The notes beneath the pieces are model-generated. The model searched no databases. It saw only the letters and a list, made by a program, of their open reading frames with translations, and was not told the origin of the DNA. DNA of 64,000 nt from Bacteroidaceae bacterium (lineage in GTDB: Bacteria; Bacteroidota; Bacteroidia; Bacteroidales; Bacteroidaceae): contig JAEEHP010000105.1 of the NCBI GenBank assembly GCA_016280855.1, forward strand, positions 19,100 through 83,099, read 5' to 3'. Positions 35,495 through 47,005 of this stretch are shown piece by piece (the first letter of the stretch is position 1; each line of letters begins with the position of its first letter). A program made the translations under genes and the position numbers.

Positions 35495-36513
35495 AGTTTC
35501 AAAACCCAAGCTGCAGCGTAGTCGCCGCCGAGGAGATGTAGTTGGTGTGCGAGGTTTGCGGCGTCGGTTTCCGTGGCCAGGCCGTCGATGACGACGCGCA
35601 GCATTTTCCCGTTGTCGTGGACGCGTGCGTTAGCGTAGCCCATATCCTGCAAGCGCTGTACGAAGGCATCGGCATTCTTGCGCGAGACTTGGCTGGCAAG
35701 GACGACGGCATAGGAGGCTTCTTGGGCGGTCTTCTCTTCGATGGCCTTTTCTTCAACAGCCTTCTCTTCGGCGGCTGTAGCGTTTTGCGCTGTCGGGATT
35801 TCTTCGTTGACGAGAGCGTCTGTGGCTGCCGGCTGTTCCTCGGCTTTTGTTTGCTGGGTGTTCTCCACCTTGGGCGACGAGGAGAAGACTGACGCCTGCC
35901 CGCCTTTAACGTCGCTCATCTGGAAGGGTGACGTGAAAATGACACAAATGATGGCGATGGCAGCAGCGGCAGCGACGTTACGAAGTGTGCGGCGGCTGAT
36001 GCGAATGGTGATGTCATCGTTGTGGCGGAAGGGACGCACCGCTGTGTTGTGGTGAGCATGAGTGTTCGATGCTGCGGCATGCGGCATGCGGTTTGCGAGG
36101 CGCGGCATCGTGAATGCGTCGAGGCCATAGTAGCGGGGCGTGGTCACTCCGGCCTGGCAGGAGGAGAAGGAGATCTGTCCGTCGTCGTCCTGCGTGAAGA
36201 CACCGATGGTGCCGAAGTCCACCTGCCCGTCGGCCAACAGTTGGCTGCGCAGGTCGAGCACCATGGCTTGTGTGGCGCGTTTGGCCTCGGAGAGCGAGCT
36301 GTTCTGCTCCTGACGAACGGCTTCGACAAGGAGAAGGTCGTCCTGCACGAGATCGGGATTAAAGCGCACGAGTCGCGAAGGGGGGAAGAAGATGTTCTCC
36401 TGCTCGGAGCGTGTGGCAGCACTCTCGTGAACCACAAACGCACCAAAATGAGGCACTACGACGCAGTCGTGGTGCAGCAGAAGACGTTCGATATGTAAAG
36501 AAAGTGCTTTCAT
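35491..36513 (-). CDS. HU-like N-terminal domain / C-terminal SPOR domain protein
   Basis: N-terminus HDCVVVPHFGAFVV (HU-CCDC81-like), a TM segment, and a C-terminal SPOR domain (YAVVLASQVSRKNADAFVQRLQDMGY). The start at MKALS is supported by a promoter box 6 nt upstream. Confidence 0.7.
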   Translation of the reverse strand: MKALSLHIERLLLHHDCVVVPHFGAFVVHESAATRSEQENIFFPPSRLVRFNPDLVQDDLLLVEAVRQEQNSSLSEAKRATQAMVLDLRSQLLADGQVDFGTIGVFTQDDDGQISFSSCQAGVTTPRYYGLDAFTMPRLANRMPHAAASNTHAHHNTAVRPFRHNDDITIRISRRTLRNVAAAAAIAIICVIFTSPFQMSDVKGGQASVFSSSPKVENTQQTKAEEQPAATDALVNEEIPTAQNATAAEEKAVEEKAIEEKTAQEASYAVVLASQVSRKNADAFVQRLQDMGYANARVHDNGKMLRVVIDGLATETDAANLAHQLHLLGGDYAAAWVLKL

Positions 36514-36519
36514 CGGCGA

Positions 36520-36527
36520 CAAAGGTA
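36520..36527 (-). promoter_or_regulatory. -7 promoter box TACCTTTG 6 nt from the ATG (leaderless-type arrangement)
   Basis: Plus strand reads CAAAGGTA at 36520-36527; the start codon (CAT) is at 36511-36513. Confidence 0.45.
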
Positions 36528-36641
36528 ATAAAAAGTTTATAGTTGAATGTTCAAAGTTGGAAGTTTTTTTTGTTTGGGCGCGTTTTTTTGCTTTTTTAAT
36601 TTATTTAAGGGTCAAGTTCGTTGTTCTTGTTCCTTTTTTCG

Positions 36642-36649
36642 TATATTTG
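36642..36649 (+). promoter_or_regulatory. -7 promoter box TATATTTG (helicase-nuclease operon)
   Basis: TAnnTTTG match 44 nt upstream of the ATG at 36693. Confidence 0.45.
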
Positions 36650-36692
36650 CGCCGAACTTTAGACTTTGTTTAGCGCAGAATACGTAGAGATC

Positions 36693-39600
36693 ATGAATCA
36701 CGTTTTAAAGGTTTATAAGGCTTCGGCCGGTTCGGGTAAGACGTTCCGGCTGGCAGTTCATTATATCAAGTTGTTGGTGGAAAACGATGGCGGCGGCGAA
36801 TACGCTCATATCCTGGCAGTTACCTTCACCAATAAGGCGACGACCGAGATGAAGGACCGCATCATCAGTCAACTTTACGGTATCGGGCACGCCCTGCCGA
36901 AGAGTCAGGCTTACTACGCGGAGTTGTGCAAAGCCTTGGAGGCTGACGGTCGCACCGACTTGTCGGAGGCGGAGATTCGTCGTCGCTGTCGCGAAGCGTT
37001 GCATGCTATTCTTCATGACTACAATCGTTTCCGCGTTTCGACGATCGACGCTTTTTTTCAGATGATCTTGCGCGGACTGGCACACGAGCTGGGTCTGACT
37101 GCCAATCTGCAGGTCGAGATCAGTGACACGGAGGTGCTGTCGGAGGCGGTGGATCGCATCGTGGACCGTCTCCAGACCGACCAGGTGCTGCTGGAATGGA
37201 TGTACAGTCTTGTGCGTGATCAGATTGAGAACAACCAGAAATGGAACGTGACGGGCAAGGTCAAGAGCTTCGGTCTCGCCATCTTCAACGAGGATTATCT
37301 CTTTCATGGCGAAGCGCTGCGCCAAGTGCTGGCCGATGAGGTTCGTTTCAATGCTATACTCGAGGAAATAAAGCAGTTGCGCGATGATGCAATGGCTGCC
37401 GTGAAAGGCATGGCTGCTCGCCTCGAGCACGCTGTTCTCAGCAATGGCGTGGACTACACCGACTTCTCCAACGGCAAGGACCTGCGTTCCTTTGCTGAGA
37501 AACTCAGGAACGGCAATATGCAGGTGGTGGTCAGCGAACGTTTGCGCGGATGGGCGCTTGACAGCGAATCGCTGGTGAAGAAATCCGATCGGATGAATAG
37601 ACCCGATCTTGTCGCGAGTGCGCGTCTCGTGAGCGATGAGCTGGAGCAGGTGCTCGAGGACTATCAGCGTCGCCGTAGCGACTACAACAGCGCATCGCTG
37701 GTGCTGTCGCATATCAAGTCGTTGCGTCTGTTGGGCGCTATCGACGAGGAGGTGGCGCATCTCAACACCGAGATGTCGCGCTTCATCCTTGCCAAGACGC
37801 CGATTCTGCTTAGTCGGATGATTGGCGAGAGCGATGCACCCTTCGTGTTCGAGAAAATGGGCGCTCTGCTGCGCCACGTGATGATCGATGAGTTCCAGGA
37901 CACGTCGAAGCTGCAATGGAAGAACTTTCGCACGCTGCTCTTAGAGAACTACGCCAAGGGCGGCAGCAATCTCATTGTCGGCGATGTTAAGCAAAGCATC
38001 TATCGTTGGCGCGGCGGCGACTGGCGCGTCCTCGGGACCATCGAGGGGCAGCCGCAACTGTCTGCTGACGTGGAGTCGCTGAACGTCAATCGTCGCAGTT
38101 GCCGCACTGTCATTGATTTCAACAGCCGTTTCTTCGAACGGGCTTATGAGGCGCTGGATAACGTATCGTTGGAGGATGCGACGAGCCTCGACGAGCCTTT
38201 CTCTTTCGCCATGGCCTATGGCGACGTGAAGCAGGAATGTCCCGAGGACGCACCTGAGACCGGATATGTTCGAGTGACGACCTTGAGCACTGAGCATTAC
38301 CCCCATCGCGAGGATTGGGAGCCGGCGATCATCACCGATATGATGCAGCAGATCCGTGAGCTCCACAGCCTCGGGATTCCTTATCGCGAAATGGCGATTC
38401 TCGTGCGTATCAACAAAGAGGCACAGCCCATCATCAACGCTTTCGCCGAGGTCGAGGATATGCCTGCCATCGTGAGCGACGAGGCATTCCTTTTTGCTTC
38501 AAGCCCAGTCATTTGTCGTTTGGTGGCAGCGCTCCGTGTGATGGACGACAGCGACAATCAGGTGGCAACCTACTACCTTCGCCAGCTGGGCGCCGAGGAT
38601 GTGGTCAGCGACGACTCGCTTCGCACGAAGCCGCTCTACGAGCTTATCGAAACGCTCTACCGCAGGATGCATCTTGATGCCGTTGAGGGTCAGGACGCTT
38701 TCGTGTTCGGCTTCTTCGATGCCGTCGTCGATTACACGCGCCACAACGCCTCGGATATCCATTCGTTCCTGCGCTATTGGGACGAGACGCTCTCGGCAAA
38801 GAGCATCCCGGCAGGGCAGGTGGATGGCATCCGAATCCTCACGATTCACAAGGCCAAGGGCTTGGAGTTTCACACCGTTTTCCTGCCTTTCTGCACCTGG
38901 GCTTTCGAGCGCGGTCGATGGTCGGACCTCATCTGGTGCCACCCGACGGAAAAGCCCTTCAGCGAGTTGTCGCTGGTTCCCGTGACACCGACAAAGGCCA
39001 TGGATCTTTCTGTTTTCCACGACGAATACGTGCGTGAACATCTGTTCTCGCGCTTGGACGAATTGAACTCGCTGTACGTCGGGTTCACGCGCGCGTGCGC
39101 AAATTTATATATATGGTCAGCCGGCAAGGAATCGGCATTGGCTAAGCCTTCGCGTACCGTCGGCGATTTGATTGCTGCCTTGCTGCCGGAGGGGTACACC
39201 CAAGGAAAGCCTGTGCTGACCATCAAAGCCGAAGGGCAAAGCGACAACCGAATGCAGCCCGACAGCGAGGCGGAGCAGGTCTCCATGTGCAGCTATCCCC
39301 TCACGGCCACCTTCCGCCAGAGCAATCGTTCGCAGCAGTTCATCAAGGCGCAGACCGATGACCTTGACGAGCTGGCGATGAGCGAGCAGGCGCGACAGCA
39401 GCAGTATATCGAGACGGGCAAGCTCTTGCACAGCGTTTTGCAGAAAGTGCGGCGGCGCAGTGACGTGCCGCGCGTGCTGGACGCCTTGGAGCAGGATGGC
39501 GTGATTGCCCGCTCGGCCCCCGACGGGACTTACGTCGCCGTGGGGCGCGACGAGCTGGAGCGCTGGCTCGACCGTGGATGGCAGAACCCGCAGGTGGCCG

Positions 39601-39965
39601 AATGGTTTGACGGCGAATGGCAGATCTTCAACGAATGCTCCATCGTTCGCACGAATCCCACGAGCCGTCTGCCCGAGACGCTTCGCCCCGACCGTGTCAT
39701 GATCGCGCCCGACGGAAGCCGTGTCGTCGTCGTCGATTTCAAGTTCGGACGGCCCCACAGCGACTACGACGAGCAGGTGGAAACCTATATGGAACTGCTC
39801 ACCGCGATGTATCCTGAGGCCGTCGTGGAAGGCTACCTCTGGTATGTCTATTCCGGCAAGGTTCAGCCTGTCGGGACGACGCCTGAGCGCAAACCTGCAC
39901 CTCAACCCAAGCGTGCGCCGAAGTCGTCGCCAACAGATTCTTCTCAACTTACTCTCGATTTCTAA
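36693..39965 (+). CDS. UvrD/Rep-type helicase fused to PD-(D/E)XK nuclease (AddA/RecB-like)
   Basis: Walker A ASAGSGKTF, DEFQDTS, VGDVKQSIYRWRG, TIHKAKGLEF, and a C-terminal nuclease motif VVVVDFKFG. Confidence 0.85.
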   Translation: MNHVLKVYKASAGSGKTFRLAVHYIKLLVENDGGGEYAHILAVTFTNKATTEMKDRIISQLYGIGHALPKSQAYYAELCKALEADGRTDLSEAEIRRRCREALHAILHDYNRFRVSTIDAFFQMILRGLAHELGLTANLQVEISDTEVLSEAVDRIVDRLQTDQVLLEWMYSLVRDQIENNQKWNVTGKVKSFGLAIFNEDYLFHGEALRQVLADEVRFNAILEEIKQLRDDAMAAVKGMAARLEHAVLSNGVDYTDFSNGKDLRSFAEKLRNGNMQVVVSERLRGWALDSESLVKKSDRMNRPDLVASARLVSDELEQVLEDYQRRRSDYNSASLVLSHIKSLRLLGAIDEEVAHLNTEMSRFILAKTPILLSRMIGESDAPFVFEKMGALLRHVMIDEFQDTSKLQWKNFRTLLLENYAKGGSNLIVGDVKQSIYRWRGGDWRVLGTIEGQPQLSADVESLNVNRRSCRTVIDFNSRFFERAYEALDNVSLEDATSLDEPFSFAMAYGDVKQECPEDAPETGYVRVTTLSTEHYPHREDWEPAIITDMMQQIRELHSLGIPYREMAILVRINKEAQPIINAFAEVEDMPAIVSDEAFLFASSPVICRLVAALRVMDDSDNQVATYYLRQLGAEDVVSDDSLRTKPLYELIETLYRRMHLDAVEGQDAFVFGFFDAVVDYTRHNASDIHSFLRYWDETLSAKSIPAGQVDGIRILTIHKAKGLEFHTVFLPFCTWAFERGRWSDLIWCHPTEKPFSELSLVPVTPTKAMDLSVFHDEYVREHLFSRLDELNSLYVGFTRACANLYIWSAGKESALAKPSRTVGDLIAALLPEGYTQGKPVLTIKAEGQSDNRMQPDSEAEQVSMCSYPLTATFRQSNRSQQFIKAQTDDLDELAMSEQARQQQYIETGKLLHSVLQKVRRRSDVPRVLDALEQDGVIARSAPDGTYVAVGRDELERWLDRGWQNPQVAEWFDGEWQIFNECSIVRTNPTSRLPETLRPDRVMIAPDGSRVVVVDFKFGRPHSDYDEQVETYMELLTAMYPEAVVEGYLWYVYSGKVQPVGTTPERKPAPQPKRAPKSSPTDSSQLTLDF

Positions 39966-39975
39966 GTGTAGGAAT

Positions 39976-42873
39976 ATGAATACGTTTCTTCATCTTGTTG
40001 CACAATCCCTGCTTCAGCGCTATGGCAACAACCTGAGCCGTCTGACGCTCGTTTTCCCAGGCAAACGTGCCGTTCTGTTCTTCAATCAGGCGCTGACGGA
40101 ACTTTCCGATCGTCCGGTGTGGTCGCCGCGTTGTGTGACCATCAGCGAACTCTTCCACGAGGCCTCGCCCTATACGCCTTGCGACCCCGTCGAGAGCGTT
40201 TGCCGCCTCCATCGCGTCTATGCCCAAATCGTCGATGAGCCTCAGACGCTCGATCAGTTCTACGGCTGGGGTGAGGTGCTGTTGGCCGACTTCGACGATG
40301 TGGACAAACATCTGGCCGATGCCCGGCAGTTGTTCACGAACATACGCGATATCAAGGCTTTGGAGGATAACTCCTATATCACTCCCGAGCAGGAAGCCGC
40401 GCTGCGCTCGTTCTTCAGCGATTTCTCCGTCGAAGGCAACTCGATGGTGAAGGAGCGCTTCCTGGCGCTGTGGAACAGGATGGCGCAGATCTACGACGAG
40501 CTGAACGCTTCGATGCGTCGCGACGGCCTCTTGTACGAAGGTGCCCTGCAGCGCGACGTCGTCGAGACGCTGCGTCGCAACCGCTTCGCTGCTGACGGAG
40601 GACAGTCGCCAGCGCCGGATCGTTTCGACAGCGACACGACCTATGTCATCGTGGGTTTCAACGTTTTGAACGACGTTGAACAAGCACTGTTCGACGAGCT
40701 GCAGCACCGCCGCCAGGCGCTCTTCTTCTGGGATTACGACGTGTTCTATGCCGACCCCGCCGGTCGCGAGCGCCACGAAGCCGGTTATTTCATTCGTCAG
40801 AACATCGAGCGCTACGGCAACGAACTGCCGCCCGAGTGCTTCTGCAATATGACGCAGCCCAAGGAGCTCACCATCGTGGCCGCTTCGAGCGAGAACGCAC
40901 AGGCCCGCTATCTGCCGCAATGGTTGCACGAAAACCTCACCGCAACGGAGAATCGCACAGCGGTGGTGCTCTGCAACGAACAGTTGCTGCAACCCGTCCT
41001 GCATGCTATTCCCGAGCAGGTGAAGGCGTTGAATGTGACCATGGGTTATGCCTTGACCGACACGCCAGTGAGCAGTTTCGTCAGCGTTCTGCTGACCCTG
41101 CAGACCGACGGCTTCGACGCTTCCCACCGCCGTTTCCGTCTTTCGGCGCTACGGGCGGTGAAGAACCACCCTTTCTCACGTCTTGTTGACGAAGCGCTGT
41201 GGCATCGCCACGTAGAAGGTCCGCGCGAGCTGTTGCTCTACCTGCTCGACTTGTTGACGACGCTGGGCAAGTGCTTTGCCGCAACGCAGCCTGCCGACGG
41301 CGAAACGCCGACAGAAGCCCAGCAGCAGGCACTGATGCAGAATACGTTGTATGCCGAGGCGGTCTTCGTCGCTTACACTTGCATCAACCGGCTTGCCAAC
41401 CTCATGACCGGCGACCGTCCGTTGCTCGACGTGAACGCGTTCACGCTGCGCCGTCTGGTCAATGCGATGCTCCTGTCGCAGTCCGTGCCCTTCCATGGCG
41501 AACCCGCCGTGGGCTTGCAGGTGATGGGCGTGCTCGAAACGCGTACCTTGGACTTCGACCATCTGATTATGCTCAGCGTCGGCGAGGGCTATTTGCCCAA
41601 GTGCGTCGCCGACACCAGTTTCATTCCTTACCATCTGAAGGAAGCCTTCGGGCTGACGACGCTGCGCCACAAGATTGCGGTTTATGCCTACTATTTCTAC
41701 CGTCTCATTCAGCGTGCCTCGCGTGTCACTTTTGTCTATAACGAGAGCAACGCAGGCCTGAGGCAGAACGAGATCTCTCGTTTCCTGCGTCAGCTGGAGG
41801 CCGAGACCGAATTCCCCATCCGCCACGTGCGTCTGCAGGCTGCCAGCGATGTGCATCCCGTGCCGGAGATCAGCGTGCCGAAGTCGCGTGAGGTCATGCA
41901 CGCCCTCGCCCGTCGCTTCGACTGCACGGGCTTGAGCGATGAGGAGCGTAAGTATAAGGTGCTGTCGCCTTCGGCGCTGAACCGCTATACCTCCTGTCCC
42001 CTGCAGTTCTACTATCGTTATGTCGAAGGCCTGAAAGTCGATGAACACAGCGACGACGATTTCGATGCAATCCGTTTCGGCGATGTTTTCCATCGTGCTG
42101 CCGAGCTGCTGTATCGCCATCTGACGGAGAAGAACCCGGTCGTACGCGGCGAGGACATCGACGCCATGCTCGAGATGGGCGGCCAGCGCATGGAGGCGTT
42201 TGTGCACCAGGCGTTCCGCGACAAGTATTTCGAAGGCCGTGCCGAGGAGTACACGGGCATCCTGACGATAGCCTATCGCGTCGTGCTGACCTATCTCCAC
42301 CAGCTGCTGCGCCACGACCGCAGGCTCACCCCTATCCGCATCCTGGGGGTGGAACTCCCCCAGACGGAGGTGTTTCATGTCGAAGCCGCAGGACGGACGC
42401 TTGAGCTGGAGGTGGGAGGAATCATCGACCGTCTCGATCAGGTCAGCGACAGCAACAGCACCGATGGACGTGTCGTGCGCGTGGTCGATTACAAGACCGG
42501 CGGTCAGTTGGAATCGGTGCAGAGCCTCGAAGCCCTTTTCTCGAACACCGGCCAGAGCGCGCATTATTATTTTCAGGCCACGCTCTATGCCACCATTGTC
42601 GAGGCACAGCGGCATCAGGCCGTAGCGCCCTGCCTCTTCTTTGTTCACAAATCGGGCAGCGACGACTATTCGCCTGTCATCACGCTGGCCAAACACACCG
42701 TTGCCGACATTCGCGAGCCCCTGTCGCCTGGCGACGAGCCCCTGAACGTAGCTTTCAGGAAGCGACTGGTGGCGCTGCTCGACGAGGTCTTCGACGACAA
42801 AGTGCCGTTCGCGCAGACCAAGAATCCGAAAGCGTGCGAGAATTGCGACTTCCGCATGATCTGCGGTCGTTGA
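39976..42873 (+). CDS. PD-(D/E)XK nuclease family protein (AddB-like partner, Fe-S Cys cluster)
   Basis: Start at MNTFLHLVAQ. C-terminal VVRVVDYKTG nuclease motif, plus Cys residues C...CENCDFRMIC. It follows the helicase gene by 11 nt. Confidence 0.75.
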   Translation: MNTFLHLVAQSLLQRYGNNLSRLTLVFPGKRAVLFFNQALTELSDRPVWSPRCVTISELFHEASPYTPCDPVESVCRLHRVYAQIVDEPQTLDQFYGWGEVLLADFDDVDKHLADARQLFTNIRDIKALEDNSYITPEQEAALRSFFSDFSVEGNSMVKERFLALWNRMAQIYDELNASMRRDGLLYEGALQRDVVETLRRNRFAADGGQSPAPDRFDSDTTYVIVGFNVLNDVEQALFDELQHRRQALFFWDYDVFYADPAGRERHEAGYFIRQNIERYGNELPPECFCNMTQPKELTIVAASSENAQARYLPQWLHENLTATENRTAVVLCNEQLLQPVLHAIPEQVKALNVTMGYALTDTPVSSFVSVLLTLQTDGFDASHRRFRLSALRAVKNHPFSRLVDEALWHRHVEGPRELLLYLLDLLTTLGKCFAATQPADGETPTEAQQQALMQNTLYAEAVFVAYTCINRLANLMTGDRPLLDVNAFTLRRLVNAMLLSQSVPFHGEPAVGLQVMGVLETRTLDFDHLIMLSVGEGYLPKCVADTSFIPYHLKEAFGLTTLRHKIAVYAYYFYRLIQRASRVTFVYNESNAGLRQNEISRFLRQLEAETEFPIRHVRLQAASDVHPVPEISVPKSREVMHALARRFDCTGLSDEERKYKVLSPSALNRYTSCPLQFYYRYVEGLKVDEHSDDDFDAIRFGDVFHRAAELLYRHLTEKNPVVRGEDIDAMLEMGGQRMEAFVHQAFRDKYFEGRAEEYTGILTIAYRVVLTYLHQLLRHDRRLTPIRILGVELPQTEVFHVEAAGRTLELEVGGIIDRLDQVSDSNSTDGRVVRVVDYKTGGQLESVQSLEALFSNTGQSAHYYFQATLYATIVEAQRHQAVAPCLFFVHKSGSDDYSPVITLAKHTVADIREPLSPGDEPLNVAFRKRLVALLDEVFDDKVPFAQTKNPKACENCDFRMICGR

Positions 42874-42886
42874 GCAACGCGCGGTC

Positions 42887-43711
42887 TTATCGCATGAGGA
42901 TATCGTTCACCGTGTAATGGTTCATCATACAGCTGCGGTCCACGTGGCCGCGAATGCCCCTGACGTAGCTCGTCGAGGAGAACTGCCAGATGACGAATTC
43001 CGCGTTGTCGCACAGCTCAGGCACGTCGGGGTGATAGCGTGCGATCATATATTTATAGTGTGTGAACGGTCCCGTGAGGTATTTGTTGTAGAAATCGCGT
43101 GAGCAGTAGAGCAGGGGTTTCACGCCGTAGTGGCGTTCGACCAATTGGATGAACGTCTTCAGGTTGCGCTGGAACGTGGCGAGGTTGTCGCGGCCGCGGC
43201 GCTCGATGTCGATGATGGGAATCAGGTCCATGTCTGATTTGCGCACGTTCTGCTGCAGGTTGCGGAACTGCTGCTGCGGCGCCACATTGGGGATGTAGAA
43301 ATGATAGACACCCACCTTGAGACCTGCGCGACGTGCGCCGCGAATGTTCGTGTGCAGCGTGTTGTCCACGAGTTCGGCGCCCTCCGTGGCCTTCACGTAA
43401 ACGTAGTGCACGTTTTCGCTGCGCGCCACTTCGTGCCAGTCGATGTTTCCCTGGTAGTGCGAGACGTCGATACCCATGATCTGGCGGTTTGGCGTGTGGG
43501 ACATTTGCATCACGACGCCTTCCTGATCCGGCGCCAGCGGTGTCTGCGGTGTCAGCGGCGTCAGCGGTTCGTCGGGCTGCGGCGTGTAGTAGTCGTCGCT
43601 GACCACAACCTTGGCCTTTTTCTTCTTGTCGTTCTTCGCAGCGGCCTCCGTGGCGCTCCACGCGAGCGTCAGCACAGCCGTTGCCATAAAGATGATCTGC
43701 CGTATGCTCAT
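42887..43711 (-). CDS. GH25 family lysozyme (muramidase)
   Basis: Signal peptide, then GIDVSHYQGNIDW...YVKATEG...GVYHF, the GH25 signature. Confidence 0.85.
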   Translation of the reverse strand: MSIRQIIFMATAVLTLAWSATEAAAKNDKKKKAKVVVSDDYYTPQPDEPLTPLTPQTPLAPDQEGVVMQMSHTPNRQIMGIDVSHYQGNIDWHEVARSENVHYVYVKATEGAELVDNTLHTNIRGARRAGLKVGVYHFYIPNVAPQQQFRNLQQNVRKSDMDLIPIIDIERRGRDNLATFQRNLKTFIQLVERHYGVKPLLYCSRDFYNKYLTGPFTHYKYMIARYHPDVPELCDNAEFVIWQFSSTSYVRGIRGHVDRSCMMNHYTVNDILMR

Positions 43712-44187
43712 ACCAACTCCGATCCGTCAAAGGTGAGCGGCAGCAGCGCACGCATACTGGGTACGACATAAACGCCCTCGGTGCCGTAGAGGAGCACGCG
43801 GATGGGGCGCCCGAAGCGCGTCTCGGCTTCCAGCAGCGCCTGTCGGCACGAGCCGCAGGGCGTCACTGGTTTCGCCAGAAAGCCTTCTGCGTTGCAGGCT
43901 GCGATGGCTATCGTCGCGGGAGCCACCTTGGGAGCGTTGGCCGAAGCCGCAAAGAAAGCCGTGCGTTCGGCACACAGGCCCACGGGGAAAACGGCGTTTT
44001 CCTGATTGCTGCCCGTGAACACTTGACCGTCCTCCAACAGCAGCGCAGCACCTACCTTGAAATGCGAATAGGGGGAGTAGCTTGTGGAAGTCATCATCTT
44101 CGCCTGCTCGATGAGGCTGCGGTCGGCTTCCGGGAGCTCTTCGAGCGCAAAAAACTGGATGGAAATATCGATATGGAACTCTTTCAT
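43708..44187 (-). CDS. cdd: cytidine deaminase
   Basis: Zinc motifs CAERTAFF and PCGSCRQ in 159 aa. Confidence 0.85.
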   Translation of the reverse strand: MKEFHIDISIQFFALEELPEADRSLIEQAKMMTSTSYSPYSHFKVGAALLLEDGQVFTGSNQENAVFPVGLCAERTAFFAASANAPKVAPATIAIAACNAEGFLAKPVTPCGSCRQALLEAETRFGRPIRVLLYGTEGVYVVPSMRALLPLTFDGSELV

Positions 44188-44212
44188 AAGGCTTTTTTCG
44201 CTAAAATGTGTA

Positions 44213-44220
44213 CAAATATA
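44213..44220 (-). promoter_or_regulatory. -7 promoter box TATATTTG (cdd-GH25 operon)
   Basis: Plus strand reads CAAATATA, 25 nt upstream of the cdd ATG. Confidence 0.45.
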
Positions 44221-44253
44221 CGAAACCTTTTTCCGTTTTCAACAAAAAAACGT

Positions 44254-44261
44254 TACTTTTG
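44254..44261 (+). promoter_or_regulatory. -7 promoter box TACTTTTG (glucosaminidase gene)
   Basis: TAnnTTTG match 25 nt upstream of the ATG at 44287. Confidence 0.45.
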
Positions 44262-44286
44262 TGCTCGTTATAACAAGTTTTAGACG

Positions 44287-45201
44287 ATGAAGCCTCGTTT
44301 TTTAGTCTTTTTTGTAACCTTTTTCGTTGTAACGGCACTCTTTGGGCAGTCGCGACAGTCTGTTCAGTGGCGTTACATTGAGAACTATAAGGATATGGCC
44401 ATCGATCAGATGCGTCGCTACCAGATTCCGGCATCCATCACCCTTGCCCAGGGCTTGTGCGAGAGTGGGGCAGGGCAGAGCCGTCTGGCCGTCGTGGCGC
44501 ACAACCATTTCGGCATCAAGGTAGGGTCGAACTGGACGGGACCGTACATTATCCAAAGCGACGACCGTCCCGACGACCGCTTCCGCAAATACAGCACCGA
44601 CGACGAGAGCTTCGAGGATCATTCCAAGTTCCTGCGCTACGGTCAGCGCTACCGGTCGCTCTTCAACCTCAAGCTGACCGATTACCGCGGTTGGGCTCAC
44701 GGCCTGCAGCGCTGCGGCTACGCCACCAATCCCTCCTACGCCAAGATGCTCATCGACATCATCGAGCGCTATAACCTCCACCAGTTCGACTCCAGCACCA
44801 GTGGTCGCTACCGCTCGCGCACGTCCTCGGCTTCCGACAGCGACGATTTCTATGCCCAGCACATCGTCTATCGCATCAACAAGACGTACATGGTCATTGC
44901 CATCGCTGGCGACACCTGGGAGAAGATTTCGCGCGAGACGGGTGTCAGCGTACGCAAGCTCCTCAAATACAACGAACGGCCCAAGGACTCGCGGCTCGCC
45001 ATCGGCGACATCGTCTATCTCCAGAAGAAACGCACCAAGGCCGACGAGAGTCTCAAAGGCGTGCCGCACGTCGTGCAGCCCGGCGAGTCGCTCTACGACA
45101 TCGCCCAGCACTACGCCGTCCGACTCAAGAACATCTACAAACTCAATGCCCTCGATGCCGACTATGTCCCCATTCCCGGCGATCTCATCTGGCTGAGATA
45201 A
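44287..45201 (+). CDS. N-acetylglucosaminidase (GH73/FlgJ-like) with two LysM domains
   Basis: ASITLAQGLCESGAGQSRLAVVAHNHFGIK (glucosaminidase motif), followed by two LysM-like segments (YRINKTYM...; HVVQPGESLYDIAQHY). Confidence 0.8.
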   Translation: MKPRFLVFFVTFFVVTALFGQSRQSVQWRYIENYKDMAIDQMRRYQIPASITLAQGLCESGAGQSRLAVVAHNHFGIKVGSNWTGPYIIQSDDRPDDRFRKYSTDDESFEDHSKFLRYGQRYRSLFNLKLTDYRGWAHGLQRCGYATNPSYAKMLIDIIERYNLHQFDSSTSGRYRSRTSSASDSDDFYAQHIVYRINKTYMVIAIAGDTWEKISRETGVSVRKLLKYNERPKDSRLAIGDIVYLQKKRTKADESLKGVPHVVQPGESLYDIAQHYAVRLKNIYKLNALDADYVPIPGDLIWLR

Positions 45202-45284
45202 CTTTCAACTCTCAACTCTCAAGTTACTTTTATTTTTCACTTTTCACTTTTCACTTTTCACTCTCAACTCTCAACTCCCCTCCC
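45202..45284 (+). repeat. heptamer word repeats (TCAACTC)n and (CACTTTT)n, nearly G-free (one G), abutting the ettA start codon
   Basis: CTTTCAACTCTCAACTCTCAAGTTACTTTTATTTTTCACTTTTCACTTTTCACTTTTCACTCTCAACTCTCAACTCCCCTCCC is followed by the ATG at 45285. Confidence 0.9.
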
Positions 45285-46970
<1,686 letters not shown>

Positions 46971-47005
46971 TCCGCTCTCAACTTTCAACTTTCAAATCTT
47001 CAATC
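46971..47005 (+). repeat. heptamer word repeat (TCAACTT)n abutting the start codon
   Basis: TCCGCTCTCAACTTTCAACTTTCAAATCTTCAATC is followed by the ATG at 47006. Confidence 0.9.

Noticed and set aside
36693-42873. Helicase-nuclease pair as a novel anti-phage defence system.
   Set aside because: The motif content (UvrD helicase plus C-terminal PD-(D/E)XK, and a partner with PD-(D/E)XK and a Cys cluster) fits the housekeeping AddAB/RecBCD-analog recombination repair pair conserved across Bacteroidota. There are no neighbouring defence-island genes.
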